A DNA stretch of 64,000 nucleotides from Patescibacteria group bacterium (GCA_049296775.1 JBAQTB010000003.1:204766-268765), one strand, 5' to 3'. Numbered from the stretch's first letter, positions 26,906 through 38,310 are shown. Notes: generated by a model not told the origin, from the sequence alone. Numbers and translations: made by a program.

Positions 26906-27524
26906 TGGGGGTGTCTTGGAGTCTATCTAGGCGTAAGTTCATGGCGCGTAAGTATTCGCTCTTGTCAGGCTCTGGCAGGTCTGAAGCTGCAATCCGGTTT
27001 CTCACCGACTCCAGAGCAAGTAAGATCTGATGTTTGAGTCTGGTCTTGATGAGAGTCTTGCCAACTTCATCATTTTTCAAAGCTTTGAATTCAGTCACAG
27101 CGATGTTTAAACTCTCGGTCAAAGCTACGACCATCTCCGGCGTTAAAGTCTGCTCACGCTTGAGCTGATGATTTAATTCCTTCACGCGGCGTTCTAATTG
27201 TTTGGCACGGAATTTAGCGTGTGACTCTGGCGTGTGTTTAAAGTCACCCTGGACTTCCTCAAGGGCCCGCTTCACAGGGTACAGAACATTACCCTCACTC
27301 ACGGCTGGGGCGCTATACGCATACGTACTCAAACCCACAAAACTTCCGACCACCAAAACCAATGACGCAAAAGCAAACCTCAAACTAGGCGCATAGGTCC
27401 GGGTCTGAACTGGACGTAGCTCGGCCTCAAGCACCGCCAAACGCTCTAATAAAGCCTGTTTAAACACAGGATCAGGGCGACTAGCCTTCCGCCAACGAGC
27501 TAATTTTGCTTTTAAGAAAATCAT
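26892..27524 (-). CDS. Putative membrane-anchored anti-sigma factor (by position, co-transcribed with ECF sigma)
   Basis: Start overlaps sigma gene stop (ATGA), single TM helix, coiled-coil C-terminal part; assignment by context only. Confidence 0.45.
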   Translation of the reverse strand: MIFLKAKLARWRKASRPDPVFKQALLERLAVLEAELRPVQTRTYAPSLRFAFASLVLVVGSFVGLSTYAYSAPAVSEGNVLYPVKRALEEVQGDFKHTPESHAKFRAKQLERRVKELNHQLKREQTLTPEMVVALTESLNIAVTEFKALKNDEVGKTLIKTRLKHQILLALESVRNRIAASDLPEPDKSEYLRAMNLRLDRLQDTPTAAP

Positions 27525-28012
27525 ACGTGTTTCTTCATTAGCGCCTTTAACTTCTGCATGGCTCTATGTGTTTCTACCCGGACTGACCCAGTTTGTTTCT
27601 CTAGACTATCGGCGATTTCCTTATATCTGTAGCCCAGCAAGTACTTTTTCTCGATTAACGTGCGTTCATTCGGCTTAAGTTCTGCCATGGCGGCCCGCAA
27701 ATGCTCTAGGTCATCGGCAACCTCAACCGTATGTTTGCCGTCCTCTCCCACCAGGGTGAAAGCCACGTCGTCAACATCGACCGCCTCCTTCTTGTCCCGC
27801 CAGTAGTTAATCACTTTGTTTCTAGCAATGGTCATGATCCAAGCCTTCTCTCCGCGTGTTGGATCAAAATCAGCAAAGGCCTTAAAGGCTGAAACAAAGA
27901 TATCTGCCGTTAGATCTTCAGCAACCGCCTTATTTTGGGATACTCTAAAATATACGAAGCGATAAATCGCATCAAAATGTTTGGTATAGAAAGACGAAAA
28001 GTCACTAGCCAT
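27521..28012 (-). CDS. RNA polymerase ECF-type sigma-70 family factor
   Basis: Region 2 (FDAIYRFVYFRV...) and region 4 helix-turn-helix (YKEIADSLEKQTGSVRVETHRAMQKLK). Confidence 0.85.
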   Translation of the reverse strand: MASDFSSFYTKHFDAIYRFVYFRVSQNKAVAEDLTADIFVSAFKAFADFDPTRGEKAWIMTIARNKVINYWRDKKEAVDVDDVAFTLVGEDGKHTVEVADDLEHLRAAMAELKPNERTLIEKKYLLGYRYKEIADSLEKQTGSVRVETHRAMQKLKALMKKHV

Positions 28013-28103
28013 ACTTATCTAGTATTAACCATTCAAACGCATAACGTTACAAAATGTAGGGAAACCCGCCTCAGTTGCTTAACTAAGGCGGGCTTACGTG
28101 CCG

Positions 28104-28784
28104 TCACCGAGCTGGGTTGCTCACCGCGGCAATGACAGGCGTCATGTAGTAGTCGTGATATGGCACCGTCCACTGATTTTTGGTGGTGCTGACATGCCGC
28201 GTGATTGCGGCAACGTCGGCGTGTCCGGCGAAGGCGTGTCCACGCGCGAACTGAAAGGTCAACATGCCGCTTTCAATCCGTACGCCAACCACGACTAACT
28301 GAACGGCGGCATGACCCGGAGCTGTCAGTCGAATCGACTGCCCCAGTGCCGGAAAAGGTTGCGACCAAGTGCTCGCCAACGCAGAGATGTGCCGGAACTC
28401 AGTTGGTGGCGTCTGTAGCAACTCACGATCTTGAGGTTGAAGTTTGCTCAGAAACTCTTGCCAGATGACCTGACGGTAATTCTCTACCCGCACAACATCA
28501 AACCACTCTGTTACCAAGGATCTGACATCAGGCTTACGCTTGCTATGAGCCGGTGGCCTAGTGGTCAACCCGACCACGACAGGCTGTAGTGCTGACGAGT
28601 CCACCTCTCGCCGCCAGAAATGCGTCATGTGCGCCTCCCCAAACCAAGTTCCGAGCGGAACTGGACGATCCTCGTCCATCAGCACACTCCCAAAGGCAGC
28701 AGAACCCTCCTTGGTTACAAAAGCGAACCGCTCGCCGGTGTTCAAGTTTCGCAGATCACCCTCGTAGCCCAAAACTCCTGACAT
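28104..28784 (-). CDS. Hypothetical protein (moderately elevated GC)
   Basis: 226-aa ORF, no domain recognised; hairpin terminator-like structure at 28055-28090. Confidence 0.45.
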   Translation of the reverse strand: MSGVLGYEGDLRNLNTGERFAFVTKEGSAAFGSVLMDEDRPVPLGTWFGEAHMTHFWRREVDSSALQPVVVGLTTRPPAHSKRKPDVRSLVTEWFDVVRVENYRQVIWQEFLSKLQPQDRELLQTPPTEFRHISALASTWSQPFPALGQSIRLTAPGHAAVQLVVVGVRIESGMLTFQFARGHAFAGHADVAAITRHVSTTKNQWTVPYHDYYMTPVIAAVSNPAR

Positions 28785-28851
28785 TTAAACCTCCTCTCGG
28801 CGTGAATACCGAGAGGAGAAAACTACACTAATTTGCTAATTTTGGCAAATT

Positions 28852-29352
28852 TTAGGCGTTGTCACCTCTAAAGATCGCCATCATGATGACGGGGGCTAAT
28901 AGCCAGGCTAAGCGGGCTAATGGACTGACGAATAACTGTCTGACGTAAATGCTTAAAGTCTCGGGATCTACAAAAGAACCAATGATTACAATGATCAATC
29001 CGGCCAAGACTGCGGCAAACACAAAACGTTCTAAACCGGTGGGAATAATGTACGGCTCAAAAAAGCGGTTTCGCCTAAAGACTAAACCGAAAATGATCGT
29101 GGCCACCCCAAAGACTAAAATCTTAAAGTGTTCAGCTGACAAACTAGCTAGAAAACTCAAACTCCCGACATCCGGAAATAAATGAGCAACCAGACCAGCC
29201 AAGACCACCGCCACGAATGACACGATGATCGAATTCCGTCCCAAGGTAAACGCAAAAGCAACACTCGCAATAAAAATACTCGCGGCCACCAAGGCATCCC
29301 AAACCACTAAAGCTTGCGCCGCTACCAACCACGCCATCACTGACTGAAGCAT
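28852..29352 (-). CDS. Small polytopic membrane protein
   Basis: 4-5 hydrophobic helices, 166 aa. Confidence 0.5.
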   Translation of the reverse strand: MLQSVMAWLVAAQALVVWDALVAASIFIASVAFAFTLGRNSIIVSFVAVVLAGLVAHLFPDVGSLSFLASLSAEHFKILVFGVATIIFGLVFRRNRFFEPYIIPTGLERFVFAAVLAGLIIVIIGSFVDPETLSIYVRQLFVSPLARLAWLLAPVIMMAIFRGDNA

Positions 29353-29369
29353 ACTCCTCCCAGTATACG

Positions 29370-30395
29370 CTAATCTTCACGTAGTTTTAAATCTTCTAAT
29401 AGTTGCTTAGTGTGCTTATCTAGCTTGGTAGGTGTCACGACTTGAATGCTGACAATTTGATCGCCGCGGCCGCGGTTACTTGGTACGCCTTTGCCGCGCA
29501 AACGTAATTCATCCCCACTTTGCGTGCCAGGTGGGATCTTCATACTGACTAGGCCGTCAACAGTATCCACTTGCACAGTGTCACCCAAGGCCGCCTGCGT
29601 AAAGCCGATTTTCTTCTTGAAATAAATTGTGGTGCCATCACGAACAAAACGCTGATCCGGTGAAACTCTAAGACGCAAATACAAATCACCCGGCTCGCCC
29701 TGCGTGCCGATGCTTTCACCTTCACCCCGCACGCGCATTTGCATGCCGTCTTCAACACCGGCTGGAATGTCGACGCGTAAGGTTTTGCGTCCGCGGGCAA
29801 TACCCTGACCCTGACATTCATGACATTTAGTCTCAGGAATTTCACCGCGACCATCACACGGCTGACAAGCGACCCGCATTTGCACCGCGCCTAAAATGGT
29901 GCGCTGTGTCGCCATGGTAAAGCCTTTTCCTTTGCAAGTATCGCAAGTTTTTAGCTTGGTACCTGGCTCTGCACCCTGACCACCGCAACGGGCACAAGTA
30001 TTTGTCTTGTTCAAATTAACTTCCTTAGCCACGCCAAACACGGACTCCTTGAAACTTAAATACATCTCCATCTCCACATCTTGACCCTTAGGCGTTCTGG
30101 TCCGGCCACCACCACCAAAAAAACTTCCAAAAATGTCACCCAAGTCACCAAAAGCGTTAGGATCAAAACCACCCGGGAAACCCTGGGGACCCTCCGCTGA
30201 ACCAAACTGATCGTAACGGGCACGCTTGTCAGTATCTGACAAAGCTTGGTAAGCCTCATTAATCTCTTTAAATTTGCTCTCCTCTCCCCCTTTATCCGGG
30301 TGATGCTCATGCGCTAATTTACGAAACGCAGCCTTAATCTCAGCTTGCGAAGCTGTCTTAGACACGCCTAAAGTTTGATAAAAATCCCTTGCCAC
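29370..30395 (-). CDS. dnaJ: Chaperone DnaJ
   Basis: J domain with HPD motif, Gly/Phe-rich linker, four CxxCxGxG zinc-finger repeats. Confidence 0.9.
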   Translation of the reverse strand: MARDFYQTLGVSKTASQAEIKAAFRKLAHEHHPDKGGEESKFKEINEAYQALSDTDKRARYDQFGSAEGPQGFPGGFDPNAFGDLGDIFGSFFGGGGRTRTPKGQDVEMEMYLSFKESVFGVAKEVNLNKTNTCARCGGQGAEPGTKLKTCDTCKGKGFTMATQRTILGAVQMRVACQPCDGRGEIPETKCHECQGQGIARGRKTLRVDIPAGVEDGMQMRVRGEGESIGTQGEPGDLYLRLRVSPDQRFVRDGTTIYFKKKIGFTQAALGDTVQVDTVDGLVSMKIPPGTQSGDELRLRGKGVPSNRGRGDQIVSIQVVTPTKLDKHTKQLLEDLKLRED

Positions 30396-30406
30396 AAAAA
30401 TACAGA

Positions 30407-30613
30407 TTATCCCTTGATCTCCTCCGCGTCGATATCGATCACCTCTTTGTCAGTGGCTGATTTAGACTTTGAGTTTCTGCCTTTACGTCCGAAGATAAGT
30501 CGCCCCAATGGCAAGACGATGAGCGTAAAAAATCCCGTTAAGGCGGCCCACCGTAATTTCCACTGGAGCAACTTACTAAAAACAGACATAAACTTTAAGT
30601 TTACTTGCAACAC
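30407..30613 (-). CDS. Small single-pass membrane protein (hypothetical)
   Basis: 68 aa, one hydrophobic helix, basic then acidic tail; packed between dnaJ and Cys-rich ORF. Confidence 0.35.
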   Translation of the reverse strand: MLQVNLKFMSVFSKLLQWKLRWAALTGFFTLIVLPLGRLIFGRKGRNSKSKSATDKEVIDIDAEEIKG

Positions 30614-30624
30614 CCGTCTTCATC

Positions 30625-30813
30625 TCAACCCTCTGTTGAACAGGTCTTACCTTCTGCACCCGGCTTGCAACAAGCTCCGGAACCGTCCGCGCAACACTCC
30701 TCCTTGTGAGCATCTGAACCAGCCTGGTCATGATCGCAACAAGCGTCAGCAGCTGGAGTGGCAGTTTTTGACTTGGCGCTGAACATGGCTTTGAGGGAGT
30801 CGATAAATGACAT
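30625..30813 (-). CDS. Small Cys-rich peptide (three CC pairs + one Cys), putative metal-binding
   Basis: 62 aa: ...ACCDHDQAGSDAHKEECCADGSGACCKPGAEGKTC...; 10-nt gaps to flanking ORFs, same strand as dnaK/dnaJ. Confidence 0.4.
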   Translation of the reverse strand: MSFIDSLKAMFSAKSKTATPAADACCDHDQAGSDAHKEECCADGSGACCKPGAEGKTCSTEG

Positions 30814-30822
30814 AATCGTTAG

Positions 30823-31212
30823 TTAAGCGGCCTTAGTTGCGGCCTTTTCCTCTACGGTCCAAGTACACAGTTTAATCGGCTCTCCCCCGTCTACTCGGCC
30901 CCAAACACTATACTCCCCCGCCCCAGGAACTTGCACGCCCCCAATCCGGATAACAATATTGGAACCTGGACCTTTGACGGTGTTCTTAAACAGCTGACCT
31001 TTGTCAATCAAAGTATTCGAGCTATCCGTTAAGTAGATCTCCATGTTGCCCTCTGGTGGCAAACCGACAATGCGCGTGGCAAAGAAGCCTCGCAACACAA
31101 TCGGAGAGCCAGCTGGATACGCTGTACGATCAAAAACGTGCATGTAACTCTGCATGCCATTCACTGACATCGTCGCGAACTCACAAAACAATGCGTATTC
31201 TTTGGTGATCAT
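30823..31212 (-). CDS. Hypothetical protein
   Basis: 129 aa, between dnaK and dnaJ; no domain recognised. Confidence 0.5.
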   Translation of the reverse strand: MITKEYALFCEFATMSVNGMQSYMHVFDRTAYPAGSPIVLRGFFATRIVGLPPEGNMEIYLTDSSNTLIDKGQLFKNTVKGPGSNIVIRIGGVQVPGAGEYSVWGRVDGGEPIKLCTWTVEEKAATKAA

Positions 31213-31250
31213 ACCGACTGAAGATTAAAGAGGAAAGAATAAAGATTAAA

Positions 31251-33155
<1,905 letters not shown>

Positions 33156-33713
33156 TTATTTAGTAATAATTTTCTCATTCACGATCACCTTAGCGGGGCG
33201 AAGGACGACATCACCGAGTTTCCAGCCTTTAATGACTTCATCGAGCACTTCGCCGTCTGGCTTGGACTCGTCTTGCTTTGAGCCACCAGATTCGTGGAGG
33301 TTTGGATCAAACTTCTGACCGACAGTGGCAATGGGCTCAACGCCCATGCCCTTCAAGGCCTCGGCAAATTGGCGGTCAATGTGACCAATGCCTTGCACCC
33401 AGGTGTCAAAAGTTTTTTTGAACTCGTCTGAGCAGCCTTCCAAACTAGGCACATGCTTCATGACGTAGCCAAAGTTATCGATCACCGGCAACAGCTCTTC
33501 AGCGAGTGATGAACGCACACGACGGCGATCAGTATCGCGAGTTTGTGCATTCATCTTTTGCAAATTCTCGTAATCAGCTAGCGCACGTTTCCAACCTGCG
33601 AGGTACTCGGCGCACTGAGCCTGAAGATCTGATGGGACAGATTCGACGGATGGGTCAGGTGGGACGGATGCCTGAGTAGAGTCTTCAGTCTTGAGTTTTT
33701 CATCTTCTGTCAT
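33156..33713 (-). CDS. grpE: Nucleotide exchange factor GrpE
   Basis: Position between hrcA and dnaK, size 185 aa, GrpE C-terminal beta-domain-like region. Confidence 0.8.
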   Translation of the reverse strand: MTEDEKLKTEDSTQASVPPDPSVESVPSDLQAQCAEYLAGWKRALADYENLQKMNAQTRDTDRRRVRSSLAEELLPVIDNFGYVMKHVPSLEGCSDEFKKTFDTWVQGIGHIDRQFAEALKGMGVEPIATVGQKFDPNLHESGGSKQDESKPDGEVLDEVIKGWKLGDVVLRPAKVIVNEKIITK

Positions 33714-34450
33714 AGCGAGAGTAAAGGTTGTTCAAGAACTTTTTTAGCTTGGGTCAATAAGGCGATGTTGCGGTTGTAATCCATTCTGAGTGGCCCCACA
33801 ATTCCGAGCACACCTTCCACGCCCTGACCGAGATCGCTTTTAACGACTACCGAGGCCATTTCATTGCCGAGCGGATTGTCATCACCCAGCAGGACTGTGA
33901 CTTCATGCGTAGCTGTGCCGAGGATGTCCCTAAAGGCAGCATCGAATCTTTCCAAACTTTCTGCCAAGAGCAGAATGGCACTGCCGGACTGGAACTCCGG
34001 CTTACGCAAGAGATTTGCCAAACCAAGGGTGGTACTCCAAGGTCGATTAGTCGCTAGCATGACCGCCTCTCCAGATTCTCTAGCCACCGCCTGACCCATC
34101 TGCGCCAAGCGCTCTTCTGGTGTGGGTGCCCGAGGTGCCCGTCTGACCGTAATATTGATACGAATGTTTTTGGCCGCCGGCCGAGCCGCCTTCTGTGCCT
34201 GACCTTCTTTAATGTACAGACGATAAGCCTTTTCTGTAGGCACACGTCCGGCCGAAGTATATGGTTGAGCAATGAGCTGTAACTCTTCCAGCACTGCCAT
34301 GTCATTACGCACAGTCGCCGACGAACAGGTTAAGTTATACCGCTCACACAGCTGCTTAGAGCTAACTGGCTCAGCGGTACGGATATACTCATCCACGATG
34401 AGTTTTAAGATTTGTGCCTGACGGGTATTCATAAACGTAATGGAAACCAC
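33710..34450 (-). CDS. hrcA: Heat-inducible transcription repressor HrcA (short form)
   Basis: N-terminal winged-helix region RQAQILKLIVDEYIRTAEPVSSKQL; CIRCE operator 18 bp upstream. Confidence 0.8.
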   Translation of the reverse strand: MVSITFMNTRQAQILKLIVDEYIRTAEPVSSKQLCERYNLTCSSATVRNDMAVLEELQLIAQPYTSAGRVPTEKAYRLYIKEGQAQKAARPAAKNIRINITVRRAPRAPTPEERLAQMGQAVARESGEAVMLATNRPWSTTLGLANLLRKPEFQSGSAILLLAESLERFDAAFRDILGTATHEVTVLLGDDNPLGNEMASVVVKSDLGQGVEGVLGIVGPLRMDYNRNIALLTQAKKVLEQPLLSL

Positions 34451-34467
34451 GTTCCCCCAGAAAACAA

Positions 34468-34494
34468 ATTAGCAGTCTGTATTATAGACTGCTA
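34468..34494 (-). promoter_or_regulatory. CIRCE operator (TTAGCAGTC-N9-GACTGCTAA) with -10 TATAAT in its spacer; -35 TTGACA at 34502-34507
   Basis: Matches CIRCE consensus TTAGCACTC-N9-GAGTGCTAA in 16/18 arm positions; minus-strand reading gives TTGACA-16-TATAAT. Confidence 0.8.
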
Positions 34495-34515
34495 ATTCTA
34501 GGTGTCAAGAGGTTA

Positions 34516-35361
34516 TTAAGCGACCTCTCGCCCGCTCTCTTCGCCAGCACCGAAAACCTCAGTATCGGCTTGTTCGTAGGCTTTCACTTTGGCATCCTCC
34601 TCAGCAAGCTGTTTAGCCTCTAATTCTTCGGGACTAGCATCTGGCTCAACGATATCAGGTCCCGCAGTCAATTCAGCTACCCCTGACATAAACTTCTCGG
34701 CTAGTTGTACAACCTCTTGCTGAATATTAGCATCGAACGTATTACGCTCGGCTCGGTCGCTGAACTCAGGCTCCAGAGACCTCTCATATTGTTTCCTATC
34801 TTTTTTGGCCTGTATTTTTTTTATTGTTTCAAAGTGTTCAAAAAGCTCCCGTCGTAACTCATCACCCTTGGCCATGTCCTTAGTTGTCTTGAGTTGATTG
34901 AGTAAATCATTCGCCGTATCCAGCTGAACACGAAATGCAGCATTTTCAAGACCATGCTCGAACTCACCGCGCTCCATTCTCTTCTGAAGACCGGGAACTT
35001 TCTCATGAGTGGAAGGCTGAGCAGGATTCACGCCACGTGTTTCTGCTTTCTCAGCCGCCTTAGTAAGTAAAGTATCGAGCTTGCCGGACATAGCAGAACC
35101 GGTGGTTTCACCATCTGTATCATCTAACAAAGCTTTAAGTTCAGCTCTTAGCTGATCAGCCTTGGCGACATCCTGCTCTTTCACGATCGCAGCATTTAGA
35201 GCCTTAGCTTGTTCCATTTGTGCCTTAGAATCAAAGCCGAGTTCTTCATATTCGTTGTCCTCAACGGTGGAAACCACAACTTCAGCGTCCTCGCTGGCCG
35301 AATCTTCGGCTAACTCTGGGACGTCGGAATCTGGCATACCTCGACGTTGTTCAATATTCAT
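34516..35361 (-). CDS. Hypothetical acidic coiled-coil protein
   Basis: 281 aa, E/D/K/A rich, no domain recognised. Confidence 0.5.
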   Translation of the reverse strand: MNIEQRRGMPDSDVPELAEDSASEDAEVVVSTVEDNEYEELGFDSKAQMEQAKALNAAIVKEQDVAKADQLRAELKALLDDTDGETTGSAMSGKLDTLLTKAAEKAETRGVNPAQPSTHEKVPGLQKRMERGEFEHGLENAAFRVQLDTANDLLNQLKTTKDMAKGDELRRELFEHFETIKKIQAKKDRKQYERSLEPEFSDRAERNTFDANIQQEVVQLAEKFMSGVAELTAGPDIVEPDASPEELEAKQLAEEDAKVKAYEQADTEVFGAGEESGREVA

Positions 35362-35386
35362 AGCAGCGAGATTTATTAAACCGCGA

Positions 35387-37063
35387 TTAGAATTCAGAGT
35401 GAGTTAGGTTTTGTAAATCCTTCTTGCCAAGATTACCCCACTGTGGCCGGAGTGTCTTCTTCTTTTTCAACAGCTGCGCAAAATGTTCGCCGCCCAGGAT
35501 CGAGGGAACAATGACAAAGGTGGCACCGAGCGCATACGCTTTAACAGCATCTTCAGAAGATTTGACGGTGAGAATGAATGAGCCTTTAGCCTTACGATTA
35601 CGGGCAAAGTCCATAATGTCTTCATTCACCGCCATGTCAGGAATGGCGGAAATGACCATTTTGGCTTTATCAGCTTTAATGAACTTGAGCAGATCTTCAT
35701 TACCGACATCGCCATAAATGGCTCTGACGCCGTTATGTTCCAGGGCTTCAATAGCAGCCGGATTATAATCGACTACCAAATAGTTATCTGTGATTTCTTG
35801 GATCATGGGTAGCACTTTCTTGCCCATTCTGTCGTAGCCTAACATGACGATTTCTGGAGCCACATCCGGTGCATCATCGGCGTCATTTTTCTGATGCTGC
35901 AAAAATGGTAACAACTTGGTCAGTAAATCGAAAATCTTTTCGTTGTAAGAGATCAGGTAAGAGGAACCAGCAATGGTCACCAAGCCCACTACAGTAGTTA
36001 GAGCCAAATTTGATGCGGGAATAACACCCATAGTCACACCACCCGCAATTACAATAAACGAAAATTCGCTGATCTGAGCCACGGTGGTACCCACCAAAAA
36101 ACCAGTTCTGGGGTGATAACCAAGGACACGCATGAGCACCAGCACAATCAACGGGTTGCCGATCAGGATAAATAAACTAAAGACTAAACTTGGTAACCAG
36201 AGTTGGGAAAGATCTCCAGCAGTCAGATGCGTGCCAAGGACGATAAAGAAAATAACCAGGAAAAAGTCACGTAAAACTCTGACCTTGGCTTCAATTTCAT
36301 GCTGGAAACCACTACCGGCCAAACTAATACCCGCCAACAAGGCACCAATTTCGATGCCAAAACCTAGCATGTGCAAGGCGGACGCAATGGCAAAGCACCA
36401 GGCTAGGGCTAAAACAAAGAGTAACTCCGTCGACTTGGCAGCGTACCGGAACAGATGCGGGATGAGGAACTTGGCAACTAAGAATAGGACTCCGATCACG
36501 AGCGCGACCTTGCCAAGAGACACGGTCAAAATCGCTGACCAGCTCCCGCCGTCCTGCCAAGCGGCCAAGAAAATCAAAATGAGCATGGCGATCAGGTCTT
36601 GGACAATCAACATGCCGATAGCAATACGTCCGTACAATCTCTCCAAATCTTCTTTGTCGGTCAATAGCTTGACGATGATGATGGTGGAAGAGAAGGCAAA
36701 GGCCACTGACAAAAAACCGGCTGTAATGTAATCGAAACCTAAAGCCACACCAATCAGCCAACCGATAATGGAAGTAAACAGCACCTGACCAAAACCAATC
36801 ACGAGCGCCACCTTGCCGACCTCCGCGATGTTGCGCCAGTTAAGATTCAAGCCCACGATAAACAACAGCAAAGCAATGCCAATTGAGGACAATGTCTCAA
36901 ACAGATCCACCGATTGCACCAGACCCAACAAGCCAGGACCGGCGATAATACCCGTCAGAATGTAAGCAATAATCAGCGGCTGACGTAAGCGGTGCGCCAA
37001 CAATGACAACAAACTAGCTGTCAAAATTACAATAGAAATCTCTAAAAAAAGTTCATTCAGCAT
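35387..37063 (-). CDS. CPA2-family cation:proton antiporter (Kef-like) with C-terminal RCK/TrkA-N domain
   Basis: 12 TM helices followed by Rossmann-type MLGYDRMGKKVLPMI RCK domain. Confidence 0.8.
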   Translation of the reverse strand: MLNELFLEISIVILTASLLSLLAHRLRQPLIIAYILTGIIAGPGLLGLVQSVDLFETLSSIGIALLLFIVGLNLNWRNIAEVGKVALVIGFGQVLFTSIIGWLIGVALGFDYITAGFLSVAFAFSSTIIIVKLLTDKEDLERLYGRIAIGMLIVQDLIAMLILIFLAAWQDGGSWSAILTVSLGKVALVIGVLFLVAKFLIPHLFRYAAKSTELLFVLALAWCFAIASALHMLGFGIEIGALLAGISLAGSGFQHEIEAKVRVLRDFFLVIFFIVLGTHLTAGDLSQLWLPSLVFSLFILIGNPLIVLVLMRVLGYHPRTGFLVGTTVAQISEFSFIVIAGGVTMGVIPASNLALTTVVGLVTIAGSSYLISYNEKIFDLLTKLLPFLQHQKNDADDAPDVAPEIVMLGYDRMGKKVLPMIQEITDNYLVVDYNPAAIEALEHNGVRAIYGDVGNEDLLKFIKADKAKMVISAIPDMAVNEDIMDFARNRKAKGSFILTVKSSEDAVKAYALGATFVIVPSILGGEHFAQLLKKKKTLRPQWGNLGKKDLQNLTHSEF

Positions 37064-37121
37064 AATCCTCCAATTTGCAGGAATTATAGCATGAATATTT
37101 GGCCGTTAAACGCCTGGTCAT

Positions 37122-37150
37122 TTGACCAAAACTTGCAATCAAGCTAAGCT
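37122..37150 (+). promoter_or_regulatory. Sigma70-type promoter TTGACC-17-TAAGCT for cassette gene 37186-38295
   Basis: TTGACCaaaacttgcaatcaagcTAAGCT, RBS AGGAGG before ATG. Confidence 0.4.
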
Positions 37151-37185
37151 CCAGTGTCGGTTTTCCGACCTAGGAGGTAACGAAC

Positions 37186-38295
37186 ATGGCCGAGTCTGTC
37201 AACCGCAAATACAGTGTCATCCCAAGTGAAGAACACCTGGGTGGCAAGATCCGCATCCCCCGCTATACGACGGTCAGTCTGACTGACAAACCAGAGAGCT
37301 GGACCGTGCCTGACCCGGCGCCCTTCATGGCGCAGGTGCAGGCGGCCGTGGCTCAATACTACATGCGATTCGTATCCGCTGCCGGCGAACAGAAACTACC
37401 ATTCGAACTGACGTCCGACGTCATGGGGAGCGACGTCAGCGCCTACCTCCAGAAAAGGGCACCAGCCTATGGCATTCCGGCAGCGGCGCTGACCTACGCC
37501 CAGCATCGCCTGAATCTCGCAGGCCTGACATACGATGAGTCGGTGGCTGGCCTGTGCGACTTGGCCCACACGGCAAGCAGCGTTGCCGTCACCCTGACCA
37601 AAGACAAGTGGTCGGATGCCAGAATGAGCATGGACGCTGGTAATGTGATCATCGAGTCACGGCCCGACGACCCCGAAGACGTGCAAGCGGCGTTAGCCGA
37701 GCTCCAGCAAACCGGCTGCAAGCGCATCCGTGATCTGGACGGCTACACCGGCCGCTGTCCAGACTTCAGCAGTCCGCTCGTGCGCTACAGACTGGGAGTC
37801 TGCAGTGTGATCTGGCTGGAGGATAGAGGGCAATTCATGATCACGCGGCGGGGCCGCGCCGTGAACGGCCTCAACACTGGCCGAGTCTGCGCTGCTTCCG
37901 GCGCCGTGAACTGGCGCCACGTGGAGGCGCAGACTCCGGACAAATACGGACGCGTCCAACTACAGGCCGTGCTACACGCAGCCATGGAGGAAGAGGCACG
38001 AGAAGAAATTGCCGACATTGATTGGGAGATTACTCCCATTGGCGCAGCGCGTGAACTGACGCGCCGCGGCTCACCCGAGTTCTTCTACATCCTGCAGCCG
38101 AAAAGACTCAGGCTCGAAGCATTGCTGGAAGCCATGAGCGCCAATACTCACCCAGGAGCGCAGGAGGTAGATGACATTCTCTATCTCCTTACCCCGCAAT
38201 TAGTGAGGGAGCTCATGAAACCAGAGGCAGCGGGGATCATTCACCCCAAAGGCTTGATGAATCTCGGATTGGCACGCGGCATGATCGTCGGCTAA
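37186..38295 (+). CDS. Hypothetical protein (higher-GC cassette gene)
   Basis: 369 aa, strong RBS AGGAGGT, C-ending codon bias, no domain recognised. Confidence 0.55.
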   Translation: MAESVNRKYSVIPSEEHLGGKIRIPRYTTVSLTDKPESWTVPDPAPFMAQVQAAVAQYYMRFVSAAGEQKLPFELTSDVMGSDVSAYLQKRAPAYGIPAAALTYAQHRLNLAGLTYDESVAGLCDLAHTASSVAVTLTKDKWSDARMSMDAGNVIIESRPDDPEDVQAALAELQQTGCKRIRDLDGYTGRCPDFSSPLVRYRLGVCSVIWLEDRGQFMITRRGRAVNGLNTGRVCAASGAVNWRHVEAQTPDKYGRVQLQAVLHAAMEEEAREEIADIDWEITPIGAARELTRRGSPEFFYILQPKRLRLEALLEAMSANTHPGAQEVDDILYLLTPQLVRELMKPEAAGIIHPKGLMNLGLARGMIVG

Positions 38296-38310
38296 AGGCC
38301 GCAAACACTG

